Source: Selaginella moellendorffii
Taxonomy: Eukaryota > Plantae > Lycopodiophyta
Direction of reading: 5' to 3'
Length of the DNA stretch: 7,277 nucleotides
Assembly: GCF_000143415.4 (NCBI RefSeq)
Contig: NW_003314671.1
Coordinates: 1-7,277, forward strand
Positions 5,964-7,277 of the stretch are shown here, piece by piece. Each line of letters starts with the position of its first letter. Position 1 is the stretch's first letter. Under the pieces are notes generated by a model. That model worked only from the letters and a program-made list of their open reading frames with translations, did not search any database and was not told the DNA's origin. Both the position numbers and the translations under genes were made by a program.

Positions 5964-5967
5964 GATT
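5964..5967. repeat. Target-site duplication, right copy (GATT)
   Basis: GATT lies immediately after CTCACA ending at 5963. Confidence 0.88.
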
Positions 5968-7277
5968 GAAATTTATAATATAATATATTTTAATTCCTGT
6001 TTTAGTTTTGGGGAATGCGTATAATGTTTCACCAGATCCATTAATTTGGCAAGCCAAAGAAGTAATCCCTAACTTAAAATTCATCATATATATCAAAGAG
6101 AAGATGATATCTAAAACATTTTTGTCAATGTTATTTTTTTTGTTCTCATGTTTAGTGATTTTGTCCTTGAGGAATTTGTGCTCACAATCACCTCCAAATT
6201 TTTTTTCACCCCTCCTTGTTCTCCACATCTTCATAAAAGTTAAAATATAAATATTTATACTTTTGTTGATATAATAACATAAAAATGGCTTATATAACTA
6301 AAAAATCAGAACAAAACACAATGTCATTTAAATTTATTTTAAATGATAGTATTTAAATAAGTGTTTAACCCATATTTTAAAGATATTTCATCCATTTTTG
6401 TTGTGTTTTTCCAAAGCCTCTTTTTTTTCCTTTTTTTTTGAACTCCTCACTTAAAATTACATGTCAAAATTTAAAAAATTGCTTTATAAAACCCTTTACT
6501 TTTATAACCCCTTCCTTAAAAAGTATGATTATATCTATTGTTAGAATTATAACTGCACGCACAAAGATTTCCTTTATTTACAAGATCTTGTGAAAGCATT
6601 TTCTTCTAAAGGATTGAATAAGTTTTGAAGCACATTTTTTGGTAGTTGTTATTCATGCACTTAGAATGCCAGACATTTAGCTTGTAATTTTACCCTTTTA
6701 ATGTTATTATAAAAAAAAACAATCTCAATGAGAGAACTGCAATGGCATATCTCATGCTTCTAATTGCATGGAGAGGAAATAACAACCATGAAAAATGGTC
6801 CAAAGCATGTTCTCAGTCTTTTAGAAGAGAATGCCTTTTAATGTGTATTTACTGGAAAATCTCAATATTTTTCAAGTGGAATAATTATCAATATTATCAA
6901 TTCTATTTGATAATCATGCTATTTATACCAGACGCTAAAAAAGTCAGGCATGGAACTCTCCTAGACTTTACATTGGAGTCCGGCTTGGAAAATTTCTACT
7001 AGCGGCCACAACTCTAGACATTAACTCTTAGGACGACTATTTTAAAGAGGTCGGATGGGCCTTTATAAAAGCCGTAATGTAGTTCTTGATCTTGTTTGGC
7101 CATCCCTCAAATGTTCTCAATTGTAAATGGACATTGCCACAGCCCCTAACGCGAAAGCATAACAATATACAGGGCAAATCTTATTCTCATTAAAAGGTTA
7201 GATGCAGCCAAAGCTGTAAGACCAACATGAGAGGAAGGAAGACAAAGAGAATTGAGGCTTACCGGCTGATCATTTGC

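Noticed and set aside
5959-6250. ORFs of 91 aa (-) and 80 aa (+) right of the element, considered as env-like or host genes
   Set aside because: They lie outside the LTR/TSD boundary and are AT-rich with homopolymer runs and no identifiable domain. A decayed TE remnant is possible but cannot be supported.
6742-7002. 86-aa plus-strand ORF
   Set aside because: It is short, has a composition typical of random AT-rich DNA and has no recognisable family motif.

Overview
The window holds one structurally complete, compact Ty3/Gypsy (Metaviridae) LTR retrotransposon on the minus strand (926-5963, 5038 bp including a 100-N assembly gap), inserted in very AT-rich eukaryotic non-coding DNA. It has two near-identical short LTRs (174/173 bp, TG...CA), a 4-bp target-site duplication (GATT), a tRNA-Ala-like primer-binding site and a polypurine tract. 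The gag ORF is intact and has a CCHC knuckle. The pol region (protease-RT-RNase H-integrase) has no chromodomain and there is no env. The most notable unannotated signal is a -1 programmed ribosomal frameshift cassette at the gag/pol overlap: a G GGA AAC slippery heptamer, an 8-nt spacer and a predicted H-type pseudoknot. This copy of pol carries one in-frame stop (probably TGG>TAG) and one frame break before integrase, so it looks young but disabled, unless these are assembly errors. The flanks contain a degenerate ~150-bp direct repeat and no supportable protein-coding gene. The host cannot be determined from the sequence alone.
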